Source: Candidatus Hermodarchaeota archaeon
GTDB taxonomy: Archaea > Asgardarchaeota > Hermodarchaeia > Hermodarchaeales > Hermodarchaeaceae
Assembly: GCA_016839805.1 (NCBI GenBank)
Contig: JAEOTO010000008.1
Coordinates: 6,421 to 70,420 of the forward strand
Reading direction: 5' to 3'
Length of the DNA: 64,000 nucleotides
The notes beneath the pieces are model-generated. The model was not told the DNA's origin. It saw nothing but the letters and a program-made list of their open reading frames with translations, and did no database searches. The position numbers and the translations under genes are program-made. Shown here one piece after another: positions 40,123 through 50,338 of the stretch (position 1 is the stretch's first letter; each line of letters begins with the position of its first letter).

Positions 40123-43107
40123 CTAAAGGTTGCGAAGGAGAGTATTAACTTGAACCTGCCCTGCCCGTCGGGCTGGGAGATAAGCCCCTGTTAATAATCC
40201 CAGGGTGACTAACCCTAATACTGAAAGCAAGAGACTGAGGGGATAGATGATTGTGAAAGGGACGATGAAAGGTTGAGGGAAGAGTCTGATTATAACAAAC
40301 ATGAGAATCCAGGAGAATGCGCTACCAACTATTAAGCTAAAGAGAAATGCGAACATAATAAGGCTTACAAACTCAGCAAGGACTATTACCGTGATATCGC
40401 GACGCGTCCCTCCAAGAGCACGCATGATGGCAAATTCTGTTTTCCGTTGTGATACGATAGTGCTTACAAAAACCGTGAGTGCAACAATACTTATTGCTAG
40501 AGATGCAAGGAATCCTACCGAAAGGAGGCTAATGATTCCTTGGGAAAACAGGTAACCTTCAGTGTAGACACTGGCTAGATCAAATGTATACGGTGACCAA
40601 GTGGTATAAACGAAGTTTAGGGACTCTACAGCATTTTGAGCTGTTTCAATATCGGAAGATGGGTTAATATTAGCAAGGAAAAACTGGGTTGAATCCACAG
40701 AGGCATAAGGCCAGCGAGAAGGAATTTCTACGAGCATATAATGTTGATGACACAAAGCAAAGGAATCGTCCATTTGGAACCCGAACCCAGGATTTGGTGA
40801 CACCGAAGCATGGGGATCGGATGGATTCGCGTAACCTAACCCGGGAGCCGTTCGAATAATTCCGACAATATCGAAATTCTTTCCTTCGATTTCAAAGGTA
40901 TATTGATCGTATACTCGAAGGTTGATGGTTTGACCAACTCTTTTATTATAACGTAAGGCGAGGTGCTCAGGTAAGATAATTCCATTTGTGTTTGCATCTA
41001 ATCGAGCAAGAACCGTTTGATAACTTTCACCTACCATGCTTGATTCGTCCCAGTTTCCTACCTGTGCATACGCTGAAGGGTCTACACCAAGAAGCCGAAA
41101 TTCTGATTGTCCAACTTCTACAGGGACTTCGATAAAAGCTGTGGCGGTATTGATTGAGGGAAGTGAGGCGATTTGATTCACTTGCGTGGCTGGAACCCGA
41201 CTTGAGAAGACGCGGATGTCGCTGCCAACATAGTAGTGAATTTGTTGGTTAAGATGAGTGTGATAAGTTTGGGCTTCAACAGCTGAAAAAATCGTAATTG
41301 AGAAGGTTAGAAGCAAAATCATCAGTAGTGGGACGACCCGAGTACGGCGTATTCTCACGCCATTAGCAAAAATTTGGCTTTTTTGACCAATGACTGGGGT
41401 AAATAATTTCGAAACGCCTGCCATACCTGGTCGAATAATTCGGGCAATAGCATCGGCGAGAAGTATCCAAAATCCAACGACAAGAAGAAAGAAGAGGAGG
41501 GCGATTTCCACGGAGAAAGGTACAGACAGAACCACATAGAATAACGGCAAAGAAAGTAATATGATACCAACAGCATATGCTACTTGTAGTCGAGGACTTC
41601 TTTTCCAGCGAGAATTATTTTCACGGAGTTCTGAATACAGTTCCGATTTTAGAAAGGATCGTGTATTTATCATCGTGTAGATTGCTGCGGGTAAAATACA
41701 TACAAATCCTGCAATAGCCCACGTCACCAGGTTGATTGAGGTTAATTTAAGGTGATGCAGAAAGAGAATTAAATCAAAAAGTAGGAACGCGGAGGCCGAG
41801 GGAATCATACACCCGAGCAAAATGCCGAGAAAACCTCCAAATACTAGCCCAATGATAGCGAGAATGATGAATTCGTACATGAGAATGGAATAGAGCTGTT
41901 GATAACTTGCTCCACGAGATCGTAAAATTGCCAATTCTACACGGCGATTCGAAAGAAAAAGTGACGTGGTAAAAGTTGTTAAAAGGATGGATAAGATAAC
42001 CATGGGTAAAAGTATGATAATCATCGTTTGCCTTTCATAGAATGATGCTATGTAGTCTTGTAAAAAGAAGAGTTGATCACGACCACCAATGATAACGTTG
42101 TGATGCAATTGTATGTCTGTAAATAAACGTTCTAAAATTGCAATTATTTCTTCCATTGGCACAAAATATAGAGGAGCCGCATTAACTTCTACCAGTAATC
42201 GAGGAAACATAACTTGTAGCGATATTTGATCATAGATGTCAGCGCCAAGTGCATTATTGGAGATGATAATACTATCAAACCAGCCGAAGACCGGTTCGTC
42301 CCCACGATAACTGCCCCAGTTGTTACGGATTTCTAATGGAAAAGCTTCAAAAATAGGCTCCAAACCAACTATAGCTTCATAGATACCCGCAACTCGCAAT
42401 CCGTTGATATCATAGCCATTGATAGAACCAATATTGTAGACCCCACGATAATTACGTGCAATCGACACATCAATAACGCTTCCCACCGAAACCTGTAATC
42501 CCATTACTCGATCCAAGTCATCAACCACCCGTTGACTCAGAAGAACAGACCCCGGGGACACCCGAAATTGCCCTTCAATTATTCGAAACGATCGCTCAGC
42601 ACGTTCAAGAAAATCATTATCAGTGAAGATGACTTGGCAATCCTTAATACCTCTCAAATAGGGGTAAGGGAGATAAATATCAGTGGGATCCCGCTGATTG
42701 GCTTCAATCAAGGCAAATGAACTATAAACAATATTAGACGCCTGGGTCGTTACCTGAGTATCCACGAAATCTTTAACCGGAAAAATTGTTCGCGGATTAT
42801 CGTTAGGCGGATTCGCACGTTGTATGCAATAATAATGAAAGGGCATACTGGCAAAATAATCGTCGATGGCAACACGTGCCCCAGTTTCAGTCCACACAAA
42901 GACAGAGCTAACGAGAGCAACACCAATCATGATACCAATTAACAAACTAATAGAACGACGTTTATGACGACGAATTCCATGGGAAACATATCTAGCTACA
43001 TAAAGGCGACTCCCCAAACCACTTTGTTGTGGTACTCTTCGGTGAATGTCTTCACTTGACTCCTCGCTATTGAGCAATTGACCAGCCGTTCTGGATTCAT
43101 TTACCAA
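40123..43107 (-). CDS. ABC transporter permease with two FtsX (MacB-like) modules and large extracytoplasmic domains
   Basis: 994 aa. N-terminal TM, large loop, 3 TM, second large loop, 3 TM. The FtsX-type C-terminus GAYLPARRAGQVQVNTLLRNL is present. It is a paralogue of the gene at 46701..49610. Confidence 0.8.
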   Translation of the reverse strand: MVNESRTAGQLLNSEESSEDIHRRVPQQSGLGSRLYVARYVSHGIRRHKRRSISLLIGIMIGVALVSSVFVWTETGARVAIDDYFASMPFHYYCIQRANPPNDNPRTIFPVKDFVDTQVTTQASNIVYSSFALIEANQRDPTDIYLPYPYLRGIKDCQVIFTDNDFLERAERSFRIIEGQFRVSPGSVLLSQRVVDDLDRVMGLQVSVGSVIDVSIARNYRGVYNIGSINGYDINGLRVAGIYEAIVGLEPIFEAFPLEIRNNWGSYRGDEPVFGWFDSIIISNNALGADIYDQISLQVMFPRLLVEVNAAPLYFVPMEEIIAILERLFTDIQLHHNVIIGGRDQLFFLQDYIASFYERQTMIIILLPMVILSILLTTFTTSLFLSNRRVELAILRSRGASYQQLYSILMYEFIILAIIGLVFGGFLGILLGCMIPSASAFLLFDLILFLHHLKLTSINLVTWAIAGFVCILPAAIYTMINTRSFLKSELYSELRENNSRWKRSPRLQVAYAVGIILLSLPLFYVVLSVPFSVEIALLFFLLVVGFWILLADAIARIIRPGMAGVSKLFTPVIGQKSQIFANGVRIRRTRVVPLLMILLLTFSITIFSAVEAQTYHTHLNQQIHYYVGSDIRVFSSRVPATQVNQIASLPSINTATAFIEVPVEVGQSEFRLLGVDPSAYAQVGNWDESSMVGESYQTVLARLDANTNGIILPEHLALRYNKRVGQTINLRVYDQYTFEIEGKNFDIVGIIRTAPGLGYANPSDPHASVSPNPGFGFQMDDSFALCHQHYMLVEIPSRWPYASVDSTQFFLANINPSSDIETAQNAVESLNFVYTTWSPYTFDLASVYTEGYLFSQGIISLLSVGFLASLAISIVALTVFVSTIVSQRKTEFAIMRALGGTRRDITVIVLAEFVSLIMFAFLFSLIVGSAFSWILMFVIIRLFPQPFIVPFTIIYPLSLLLSVLGLVTLGLLTGAYLPARRAGQVQVNTLLRNL

Positions 43108-43329
43108 TAACTTCTGTGCTCCTTTCTAGCTACCTAGGTGTTATTTGATAACATGGTTTGATGTAGTTGGGTTCTTTAATCTGATGCAAAACTACATCGT
43201 CTAACTGAACGACAAAGCTTGAAACCTCTAAAATATTTTGGAAAAGACAAAAAAAATCTTAGCAACAGTGTTTGTCTCTAACCAAAACGTCCTTAAGAAG
43301 ATCAGTCTAAATGCGGTTGAGGGTTCTTA

Positions 43330-44271
43330 TTGACTGAATCAATTGAAATTTCTGAGTTAACGAAAAAATTCGAAAAGATCACAGCGGTTGATGGCGTTTC
43401 TTTAGATGTTCGACGGGGAGAAGTCTTTGGATTTTTAGGACCTAACGCAGCGGGTAAGTCTACGACTGTTAAAATTGCAGCAACTCTTTTAGAGCCGACC
43501 AAGGGTACTATTCAAGTTGAAGGGCATGATGTTCAGAATGAACCTGTCAGCGTACGAGCGATTACTGGGCTCCTTCCTGAAGACGGAGCCAATACTCATT
43601 ATGACCGACTCTCCGCCTATAAGAACTTAGAGTACTTTGGACATCTTTATGATGTTCCAGCAGAGAAACTCCATGACCGAATTGAACGACTTTTAGAATT
43701 TCTTGAGTTAAAAGACCGTCGTGATGAGTCTCCTGCTACTTTTTCAACAGGATTGAAACAGAAGCTATCTATTGCACGCTCTATGATCCATGATCCAAGT
43801 GTCGTTTTCTTAGATGAACCGACGTCTAGTCTTGACCCGATAATGTCCAAAAGGGTGAGGGAGTTTATTGATACTCAGGCAGAGGGAGGAAAACAAACCT
43901 TCTTTTTGTGTACGCACTTACTTTCAGAAGTCGAAGCTTTATGTGATCGAGTTGGGTTTATTTCCCGTGGTGTACTCGTTGAAGTCGGTCGTCCGAAGGA
44001 CCTACGACGGAAGTTCTGGACGCTGCGAACTTTTGAAGTGAAACTCACCGATCCCAATCTTCAAAAGAGCGTAGATATTATTTCTTCAACAGGACTTGTT
44101 CAGTCTGTAAGCATCGAAGGTAAACGGGTTATTTTTGAAGTAGAGGATGCAGAAACGAAGAATCCCCAAATTATTCGAGCCCTTATGGAAGCTGGACATC
44201 AAGTCGTTGAGGTACGTGAGCATGTTCCGGATCTTGAAGCGGTCTATCTCAAAGTAATTGGAGGAAACTAA
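43330..44271 (+). CDS. ABC transporter ATP-binding protein (ABC-2 subtype)
   Basis: Walker A GPNAAGKST, signature LSTGLKQKLSIA, Walker B VVFLDEPTSSLD. Confidence 0.85.
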   Translation: MTESIEISELTKKFEKITAVDGVSLDVRRGEVFGFLGPNAAGKSTTVKIAATLLEPTKGTIQVEGHDVQNEPVSVRAITGLLPEDGANTHYDRLSAYKNLEYFGHLYDVPAEKLHDRIERLLEFLELKDRRDESPATFSTGLKQKLSIARSMIHDPSVVFLDEPTSSLDPIMSKRVREFIDTQAEGGKQTFFLCTHLLSEVEALCDRVGFISRGVLVEVGRPKDLRRKFWTLRTFEVKLTDPNLQKSVDIISSTGLVQSVSIEGKRVIFEVEDAETKNPQIIRALMEAGHQVVEVREHVPDLEAVYLKVIGGN

Positions 44272-45013
44272 GATGTGGAAAAAGGCTTGGTTAATGGCAC
44301 GTACAGAAATTCGCATGGTTTTCAAAAGCCGACAAGTTAAAACTATACCCATAATGGTAGTAATAATGTCCGTGATTTTTGGTGGATTGTGGACCTATTG
44401 GACACTTCTGATGGGATTGACAAATCCAGCAGATTTCAATTTCATGACGTCAACCATCATGAGCATAGTGATTATCATGCTTCCCATAATGCTCCCAGTG
44501 TTGATTGCTGCAGATTCTATTGTTGGAGAGAAAGAACGCCATACCCTCGTTCCCCTATTAGCTACACCGTTAACCGATGGAGAGCTGTTATTAGGAAAAT
44601 ATCTCACAGCGCTTATACCTGGATTGTTGGTGGCCTATGGAAACCTTCTATTAGCCGTTGCTGTGGTCAATGGCATCGTCTTGCTATTTGCCCCACATCT
44701 TCTCTGGGTTTGGCCAGATACGCTATCACTGCTTCAGGCCCTCATTCTGCCCCTTCTATTCGCGTTTCTAGCCGTGGGCATGATGGTCATCATCTCAGGA
44801 AGAGCCAATACGGTCTATGAAGCCTATCAAACTGGCGGGTTTATCATCTTACCTGCAATGGTTTTCGCGTATTCAGGATTCCTCGCCGGACTTGGACTGA
44901 ATTGGATGATTTTCTATCTCGGAATAATCATCCTTGTCATTGCAGACTTCGTGTTATATCGAGTGGCAGTGAAACTCTTCAACCGAGATAACCTCATTGT
45001 GCGTTCTGGATAA
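44258..45013 (+). CDS. ABC-2 family transporter permease
   Basis: Six TM segments. Overlaps the ATPase gene by 14 nt. Confidence 0.7.
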   Translation: MEETKMWKKAWLMARTEIRMVFKSRQVKTIPIMVVIMSVIFGGLWTYWTLLMGLTNPADFNFMTSTIMSIVIIMLPIMLPVLIAADSIVGEKERHTLVPLLATPLTDGELLLGKYLTALIPGLLVAYGNLLLAVAVVNGIVLLFAPHLLWVWPDTLSLLQALILPLLFAFLAVGMMVIISGRANTVYEAYQTGGFIILPAMVFAYSGFLAGLGLNWMIFYLGIIILVIADFVLYRVAVKLFNRDNLIVRSG

Positions 45014-45082
45014 TGAATCATGACAGGAAGGCTATGATTAAAAGAAGAAGTAGCTTAATGAAAGAACTGTGAGTGCATTATT

Positions 45083-45385
45083 ATGACAGGAGCTTTTCGT
45101 ATCATTGCACGAGTCCATGAATTACGGTCCCAACCAGGGAAAAGCCCTTGCCGGCTTTACAAGGTTGGAGACGAATTTGATTTATCAAAACCTGAGGAAA
45201 AAGAGAAAATTTGTCGCTGGGCGTATAACGCCATGTTTCCGTTTCTCACCGTGTTAGAATTTGGTGGAGCGCTTCCCTGGGAACCGGACCCTGAGAAAGC
45301 ATATGTGGCTTGTCCTGACCCACATAATATTGTGGTTTTTGAACTACGCAAAGCTGGCGAACTGGTAAAAAGACCTTCACCTTAG
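45083..45385 (+). CDS. TIGR04076-family-like small Cys protein
   Basis: CRLYKVGDEFDL...CRWAYNAMFPFLTVLEFGGALPWE...CPDPHNIVVFELRK matches the C..GDeF...C.WAw...fGg.PW...C.D...v.F..R pattern I recall for TIGR04076. Confidence 0.5.
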   Translation: MTGAFRIIARVHELRSQPGKSPCRLYKVGDEFDLSKPEEKEKICRWAYNAMFPFLTVLEFGGALPWEPDPEKAYVACPDPHNIVVFELRKAGELVKRPSP

Positions 45386-45655
45386 CTCGAAATTTCGAGA
45401 GAAGGATCTTCTGGATGGAGGAAGCAAGAGGGATCCGCGGCGAGATAGTCTCCCGTGACAGCGAATGCTCGTCCACGACAGCCACCACACAATGTCTTGT
45501 ACTGACAGTCGCCACATTGACCTTTAAGGCGAGATTCCCGTTCACGTAAGTCTTTGAAGATCTGGGTGTATTCCAAATTTCTGAAAATGATTTATCCCAG
45601 ATATTACCGCAGGAGATTTCAACAAAGGGACAAGGCGATGTTGAGAACCTAGTGG
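45382..45655 (-). pseudogene. truncated, frameshifted C-terminal remnant of a radical-SAM SPASM-domain enzyme
   Basis: Two minus-strand frames together read ...CPFVEISCGNIWDKSFSEIWN... then ...CGDCQYKTLCGGCRGRAFAVTGDYLAADPSCFL. These are the SPASM GNI..SLxEIW and CxxCxxxxxCGGGCxAxA....DP.C motifs. No radical-SAM core (CxxxCxxC) lies upstream, because the ABC ATPase gene abuts it. Confidence 0.45.
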
Positions 45656-45663
45656 TCGAAGGT

Positions 45664-46695
45664 TCACAGTGCTGTGCCACAATTGGGGCAGGTAACACGA
45701 TTTGAGGCAACAAGTTTACCGCAAATCCGGCAGGTGACAAGTCGCACTTCAACTGCTACTGCATCTTCAACCATCGAAGGTGTGAGTACAATTCGTCCCT
45801 CATCAACTTGCACTTGGAATCGGCGGGGATGCCCCAATTCCCGTAAGATATTCTCAGGAAGTGGTAACCGATCTTGATTATCAACTTCCAGCACGCGAGT
45901 CCGTTCCAGTTGTTTTAGATGAACACCAGCATCGTGTGTCCCGCTAATGATTCCATCGCGAAGTTCCAAGGTTCGTCGTGCTTTGGAGGCTATTAATTGG
46001 CTGTGGGTAACGATGAGGAAGGCTGTCCCGTATTGTTCATTGAGTTCTTTGAAGAGGTCAAGGATTTCTTCAGCGTTGATCAAGTCGAGATCACCGGTAG
46101 GTTCATCAGCAAGAATGACAGCGGGGTTATTCATAAGGGCAGAGGCGATGGCTACTCGTTGACGTTCTCCACCAGATAATTTTGCAGGGATATGTTTCAT
46201 TCGTTGCTTAAGTCCCACTGCATCAAGAAGTTCTGTTGACCGTTTTTCTCGCCAAGTTTTGGGAAGCCCAGCAATTCGGGCACTAAGTTCAACATTTTGC
46301 TGAGCTGTTAAGTGATGAAGCAAATTGTCAACTTGAAATACAAATCCGATGAACCCTCGTCGAGCGTTGGTAATTGTTCGGTCATCGAGCTTGGCAATGT
46401 CTTGTTTGATATTCGACCAATAGACTTGACCAGCACTGGGACGGAGGGTTCCACCAAGAAGATTTACCAGAGTAGTTTTTCCGCTTCCTGATGGTCCAAC
46501 AACGGCTACAATTTCACCTTGGAAAATTTGAAAGGAAACGCCACGCAAAGCGACCGTTTCAATCTCTCCCGTTTGATAGATTTTATAGACATCATTAGCC
46601 ATCAAAACTAGATTTTCAGGAACTTCTGCAAATTCTTCTTCTTTGACGAGGCCGCTGATGAGGTTATTGGGGACTGTCACGATTTTATTCACCAT
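45664..46695 (-). CDS. ABC transporter ATP-binding protein (MacB/LolD-like) with C-terminal zinc-ribbon extension
   Basis: Walker A GPSGSGKTT, signature LSGGERQRVAIA, Walker B ILADEPTGDLD. The C-terminal extension is about 90 aa and ends CRICG...CPNCG. Confidence 0.85.
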   Translation of the reverse strand: MVNKIVTVPNNLISGLVKEEEFAEVPENLVLMANDVYKIYQTGEIETVALRGVSFQIFQGEIVAVVGPSGSGKTTLVNLLGGTLRPSAGQVYWSNIKQDIAKLDDRTITNARRGFIGFVFQVDNLLHHLTAQQNVELSARIAGLPKTWREKRSTELLDAVGLKQRMKHIPAKLSGGERQRVAIASALMNNPAVILADEPTGDLDLINAEEILDLFKELNEQYGTAFLIVTHSQLIASKARRTLELRDGIISGTHDAGVHLKQLERTRVLEVDNQDRLPLPENILRELGHPRRFQVQVDEGRIVLTPSMVEDAVAVEVRLVTCRICGKLVASNRVTCPNCGTAL

Positions 46696-46700
46696 TTTAA

Positions 46701-49610
46701 TTAGAGATTGCGGAGAACTTGTCCAACATTAGTTCGCCCTGCCCGTCGTGCAGGGATATAGGTTCCGATACTCATTCCTATAAGTACTACTCCAAGCACA
46801 AGAAGTAACAACAGTAAGGGAATGCCCAGTTGGAAGGGAATTATGTATGGGAAAGGAAAGAGGTTAAGCAGGATTGCCATTAAGATCCATGAGAAGAAGA
46901 AGCCGAGTATTAACGCAACGAAGAAGGATGTCAGGATTAAACCAATAAATTCGCCCACAACAATTGCAGTTATTTGTCGTTGGGTGCTACCCACTGCACG
47001 CATAATAGCATATTCAGTTTGTCGTTCAGTGACGATTATTCCTACAAAAAGGATGAGAGCAATGATACTAATAATTACACATGCTAAGAAGCCAATTGAA
47101 AGAATACTAATTATACCTCGGTTGAAAAGATGTCCTTCAGGATAGGCGTCTTCTAAAGAAAAGGTCATAGGAGAGTATACCGCGGATGGAAAATCAAGAT
47201 TGCTTATCTGGAGTTGAACATCTTCAACATTTGCACTTTCAGTAATTCTTGCTAGCATAAGCTTGGTATTATTCATATTCCGGTTTACCATGAAGTTGTA
47301 ATTTATTAACGCATAAGCTTGCGATGCTTGAAAACCAAACCCATTTGTTGAATCTGGTGGTCGATTGGGATCATCAGGATCAAAGTAGCCTAATCCAGGA
47401 GCACTGTGACCTAAGCCTACAATGCGGAATAAAGCCTGCCCTGACACGCCACCTCCTTGCTCGTGAACGGTAATATCAAGGCTGTTTCCAACTCCTCGCC
47501 CCAATCGTTCAGCAGTTGTATGAGGAAATATGATTCCGTTTGATGTGTTATGAAGGTGTTGTAGAACTGTGTACGGATCTTCCCCTATCGTACTCGTAAG
47601 ATCCCAATTTCCATTATTGGCATAGGATTCTGCATCTATTCCATAGATTGTAAAGGAGACAGGTCCAATGGTAGCTGTTGTGGAAAGTATTGGTGTAACA
47701 GAAGCAACTCCAGGAATGGATAACACCTCACTTATTCGATTGTGAGGAATCGGTCCACTTTCAATCCGTATATCTGCACCAACATAGTAACCAACTTGCG
47801 TTACGACGTTATCTTGAACAGTTTGAGCTTCAACCACTGCAAAGACAGTAACTGAAAATGTTAAGGTTAAAATAAGGAGAAGGGGAACGATGCGTTGGCG
47901 ACGAGAACGCATACTTTTTTCAAAGAGAAAGGTTTTTTCTCCAAAGAGAGGGCGAAAACCACGTGTTATTCCCGCCACGATTTGCCGTACAATCCGAGAG
48001 CCGATATCACTGAGTAGTGCCCAAACTGCAATGGCGTAGGCAAATTGCATAATGCCAATCAAAGGGGTTCCTGGGATAAGTATAACCGTGACAATTAGAA
48101 ACCCGAGTAAGGCTACACCACCTATGAAGTAAATGATTGTGACGCCTAGATCAGCTTCAGCAGGTGGGGCTGTACCAACCATGGCTTGATAAATTTCAGT
48201 TCGTAAAAAGGATTGTACGTAGATCATTGTAAAAACTAAGGGGGGGAGAAGACAAGTTAGAAATGCAATAATCCAAGTGAGGGGTTCGAGTCTGACGTTG
48301 ATAAAGAATTGAATAAAAATTTCTGGGTCAAATTGTAAGAAGCCCACGGATGCGGGGATCAAGGATCCAATGAAAAGACTAACGAAGACACCCAAACAAA
48401 GTGCGATTATTCCGATAATTACAAATTCCATGATGAAAGCCGCATATAGTTGGCGAAAACTCGCTCCGCGGGAGCGAAGAATTGCTACCTCTGGTCGACG
48501 CCCACTTAGAAAAATGTTGGTAGCAAAAATTGTCAGGAAAATTGAAAGAAGGATGACAGGAAGCACGATAAGAGCCATGGTTTGACGAGATTGATAGGCT
48601 CCAATATACTGCTCAAGAAGAAAAACCTGATCTTCTCCTTCCACTGCTAATCTCCGTGGATACTGATATTCCAGCTCGAGTTGTATCTCGCGAATGACAG
48701 ATGGCACACTTTCTAATCCTGCTACAGAAAGTTCAGTGGGATTTAATTGAACGAGAAGTTTTGGAAAAAGGGAATTTTCTGTAAGATTATCTCGTTGAGT
48801 CGAGTTCAATTGATTATACTGCATGATAATTCCATCATTCCAGCCAAAAATTCGTTCTAAACCAGATACTGGATAGTTCGATCGAGCAGTGCCTCTAAAG
48901 GATCTATAAAGGACTACGTCACTACTTGTGATATTGTAAGTGCCTACTACAAGGAGATTGGTTATGTTTAGGGGTTGCAAATCACCGATCGTTATGGGAT
49001 CATCATACATGGTGGCAATTGTGACGTTGATGACACTACCAATGCCAATAGTTTGGTTCAGAAGGGTTTCAGCATCCTCAACAACTCTTGTGCTCACTAA
49101 ACATTCACCAGGTGATAGTTCAAAAACGCCAGTAAATTGAAACTGGTGTGCAACTCGGTGAAGAAAAGTATTGTTTACAAAGAAGGTCTGGAAATCCTTT
49201 ATGCCCTTGATATAAGGATGTGGCAGATAGGGAGTACTTGAGTTCCAATTGGTGGCATTTAGTAATCCAACTGAATGGTAAATGACATCAGAACCTTGAT
49301 ACGCTGATTGTTCTGTGAACCAATTTTGCACATTAAAAATTAGCTGACTGTCAACTGAGGGTTCGTCTAATTGTTGAATGCCGAGTTGGTAGAGATTTGC
49401 TTCAAAATAATCGATGGTTGCCACTTGTGCACCGGTATCTGTCCATACAAAAATTGATGCGACTAAAGAGACGCCAATTATTATTCCGATGAGGAGACTG
49501 AAGAATCGTGTTCTATGTTTTCGCATGCTATTTCCGACATAGCTAGCAATATACCACCGACTTCCTGAGGTATATGGCGATATTTTAGGTGGAGTAGACT
49601 CTGAGCTCAC
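46701..49610 (-). CDS. ABC transporter permease with two FtsX (MacB-like) modules
   Basis: 969 aa with the same architecture and conserved N- and C-termini as 40123..43107 (GTYIPARRAGRTNVGQVLRNL). Confidence 0.8.
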   Translation of the reverse strand: MSSESTPPKISPYTSGSRWYIASYVGNSMRKHRTRFFSLLIGIIIGVSLVASIFVWTDTGAQVATIDYFEANLYQLGIQQLDEPSVDSQLIFNVQNWFTEQSAYQGSDVIYHSVGLLNATNWNSSTPYLPHPYIKGIKDFQTFFVNNTFLHRVAHQFQFTGVFELSPGECLVSTRVVEDAETLLNQTIGIGSVINVTIATMYDDPITIGDLQPLNITNLLVVGTYNITSSDVVLYRSFRGTARSNYPVSGLERIFGWNDGIIMQYNQLNSTQRDNLTENSLFPKLLVQLNPTELSVAGLESVPSVIREIQLELEYQYPRRLAVEGEDQVFLLEQYIGAYQSRQTMALIVLPVILLSIFLTIFATNIFLSGRRPEVAILRSRGASFRQLYAAFIMEFVIIGIIALCLGVFVSLFIGSLIPASVGFLQFDPEIFIQFFINVRLEPLTWIIAFLTCLLPPLVFTMIYVQSFLRTEIYQAMVGTAPPAEADLGVTIIYFIGGVALLGFLIVTVILIPGTPLIGIMQFAYAIAVWALLSDIGSRIVRQIVAGITRGFRPLFGEKTFLFEKSMRSRRQRIVPLLLILTLTFSVTVFAVVEAQTVQDNVVTQVGYYVGADIRIESGPIPHNRISEVLSIPGVASVTPILSTTATIGPVSFTIYGIDAESYANNGNWDLTSTIGEDPYTVLQHLHNTSNGIIFPHTTAERLGRGVGNSLDITVHEQGGGVSGQALFRIVGLGHSAPGLGYFDPDDPNRPPDSTNGFGFQASQAYALINYNFMVNRNMNNTKLMLARITESANVEDVQLQISNLDFPSAVYSPMTFSLEDAYPEGHLFNRGIISILSIGFLACVIISIIALILFVGIIVTERQTEYAIMRAVGSTQRQITAIVVGEFIGLILTSFFVALILGFFFSWILMAILLNLFPFPYIIPFQLGIPLLLLLLVLGVVLIGMSIGTYIPARRAGRTNVGQVLRNL

Positions 49611-50338
49611 GATGGCTCCTCCTCGGAATCGCTGTCCCGTCCGTACATGGAGGTATCAGTGTGGAGTTTTCCGTAGCGGAGTACAAGTATACGATCGGCT
49701 GAACTGGCCACCTCAGGGTCATGCGTGGCAACTACTACGGCTTTATTGTAATTATGTGCTAATTCTTGGAATAACCGGATGATTTCGATTCCAGTGGTTG
49801 TATCTAGATTACCTGTAGGTTCATCCGCAAGAAGAAGGATTGGTTCATTTGCTATGGCTCGAGCGAGGGCAATGCGTTGCATTTGTCCCCCAGACATTTC
49901 CATCGGGTATTGCTCTGCAAAGTCTCGCATTCCTACTAAATCCAGTAGATCTAAGGCACGTTGAACACGTTCTTCCCTTGATTTATCAGCAAATATCATA
50001 GGAACTTCTACATTTTCACGGGCATTCATGATGTCCAATAGGTAGAAGCCCTGAAAGACGATGCCAACTTTATCACGACGAAGCCGAGAAAGCTCTTTAT
50101 CGTTTAAACCATTCAGAGATTGCCCGTCGATGCTAATTTCTCCATCTGTTGGTGAGTCTAAAAGAGCCATAAGGTTGATCAGAGTGGTTTTACCACTTCC
50201 ACTAGCGCCCACAATAGCGACGAATTCTCCTGCTTTAACGGTGAAATCAAGACCCTTTAACACTTCAACTTTGAGGTCTCCATCTTCATATGTTTTGAAG
50301 ACACTGTTACATTTAACGACAATGTTATTGGATGCCAA
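49607..50338 (-). CDS. ABC transporter ATP-binding protein (MacB/LolD-like)
   Basis: Walker A GASGSGKTT, signature MSGGQMQRIALA, Walker B LLADEPTGNLD. The stop overlaps the permease start by 4 nt. Confidence 0.85.
   Translation of the reverse strand: MASNNIVVKCNSVFKTYEDGDLKVEVLKGLDFTVKAGEFVAIVGASGSGKTTLINLMALLDSPTDGEISIDGQSLNGLNDKELSRLRRDKVGIVFQGFYLLDIMNARENVEVPMIFADKSREERVQRALDLLDLVGMRDFAEQYPMEMSGGQMQRIALARAIANEPILLLADEPTGNLDTTTGIEIIRLFQELAHNYNKAVVVATHDPEVASSADRILVLRYGKLHTDTSMYGRDSDSEEEPS

Noticed and set aside
45246-45752. 168-aa minus-strand ORF overlapping the ABC ATPase 3' end and the TIGR04076 gene
   Set aside because: Only its middle portion carries SPASM-like sequence. The remainder overlaps two better-supported genes. 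It is interpreted as part of a pseudogene remnant rather than an intact CDS.
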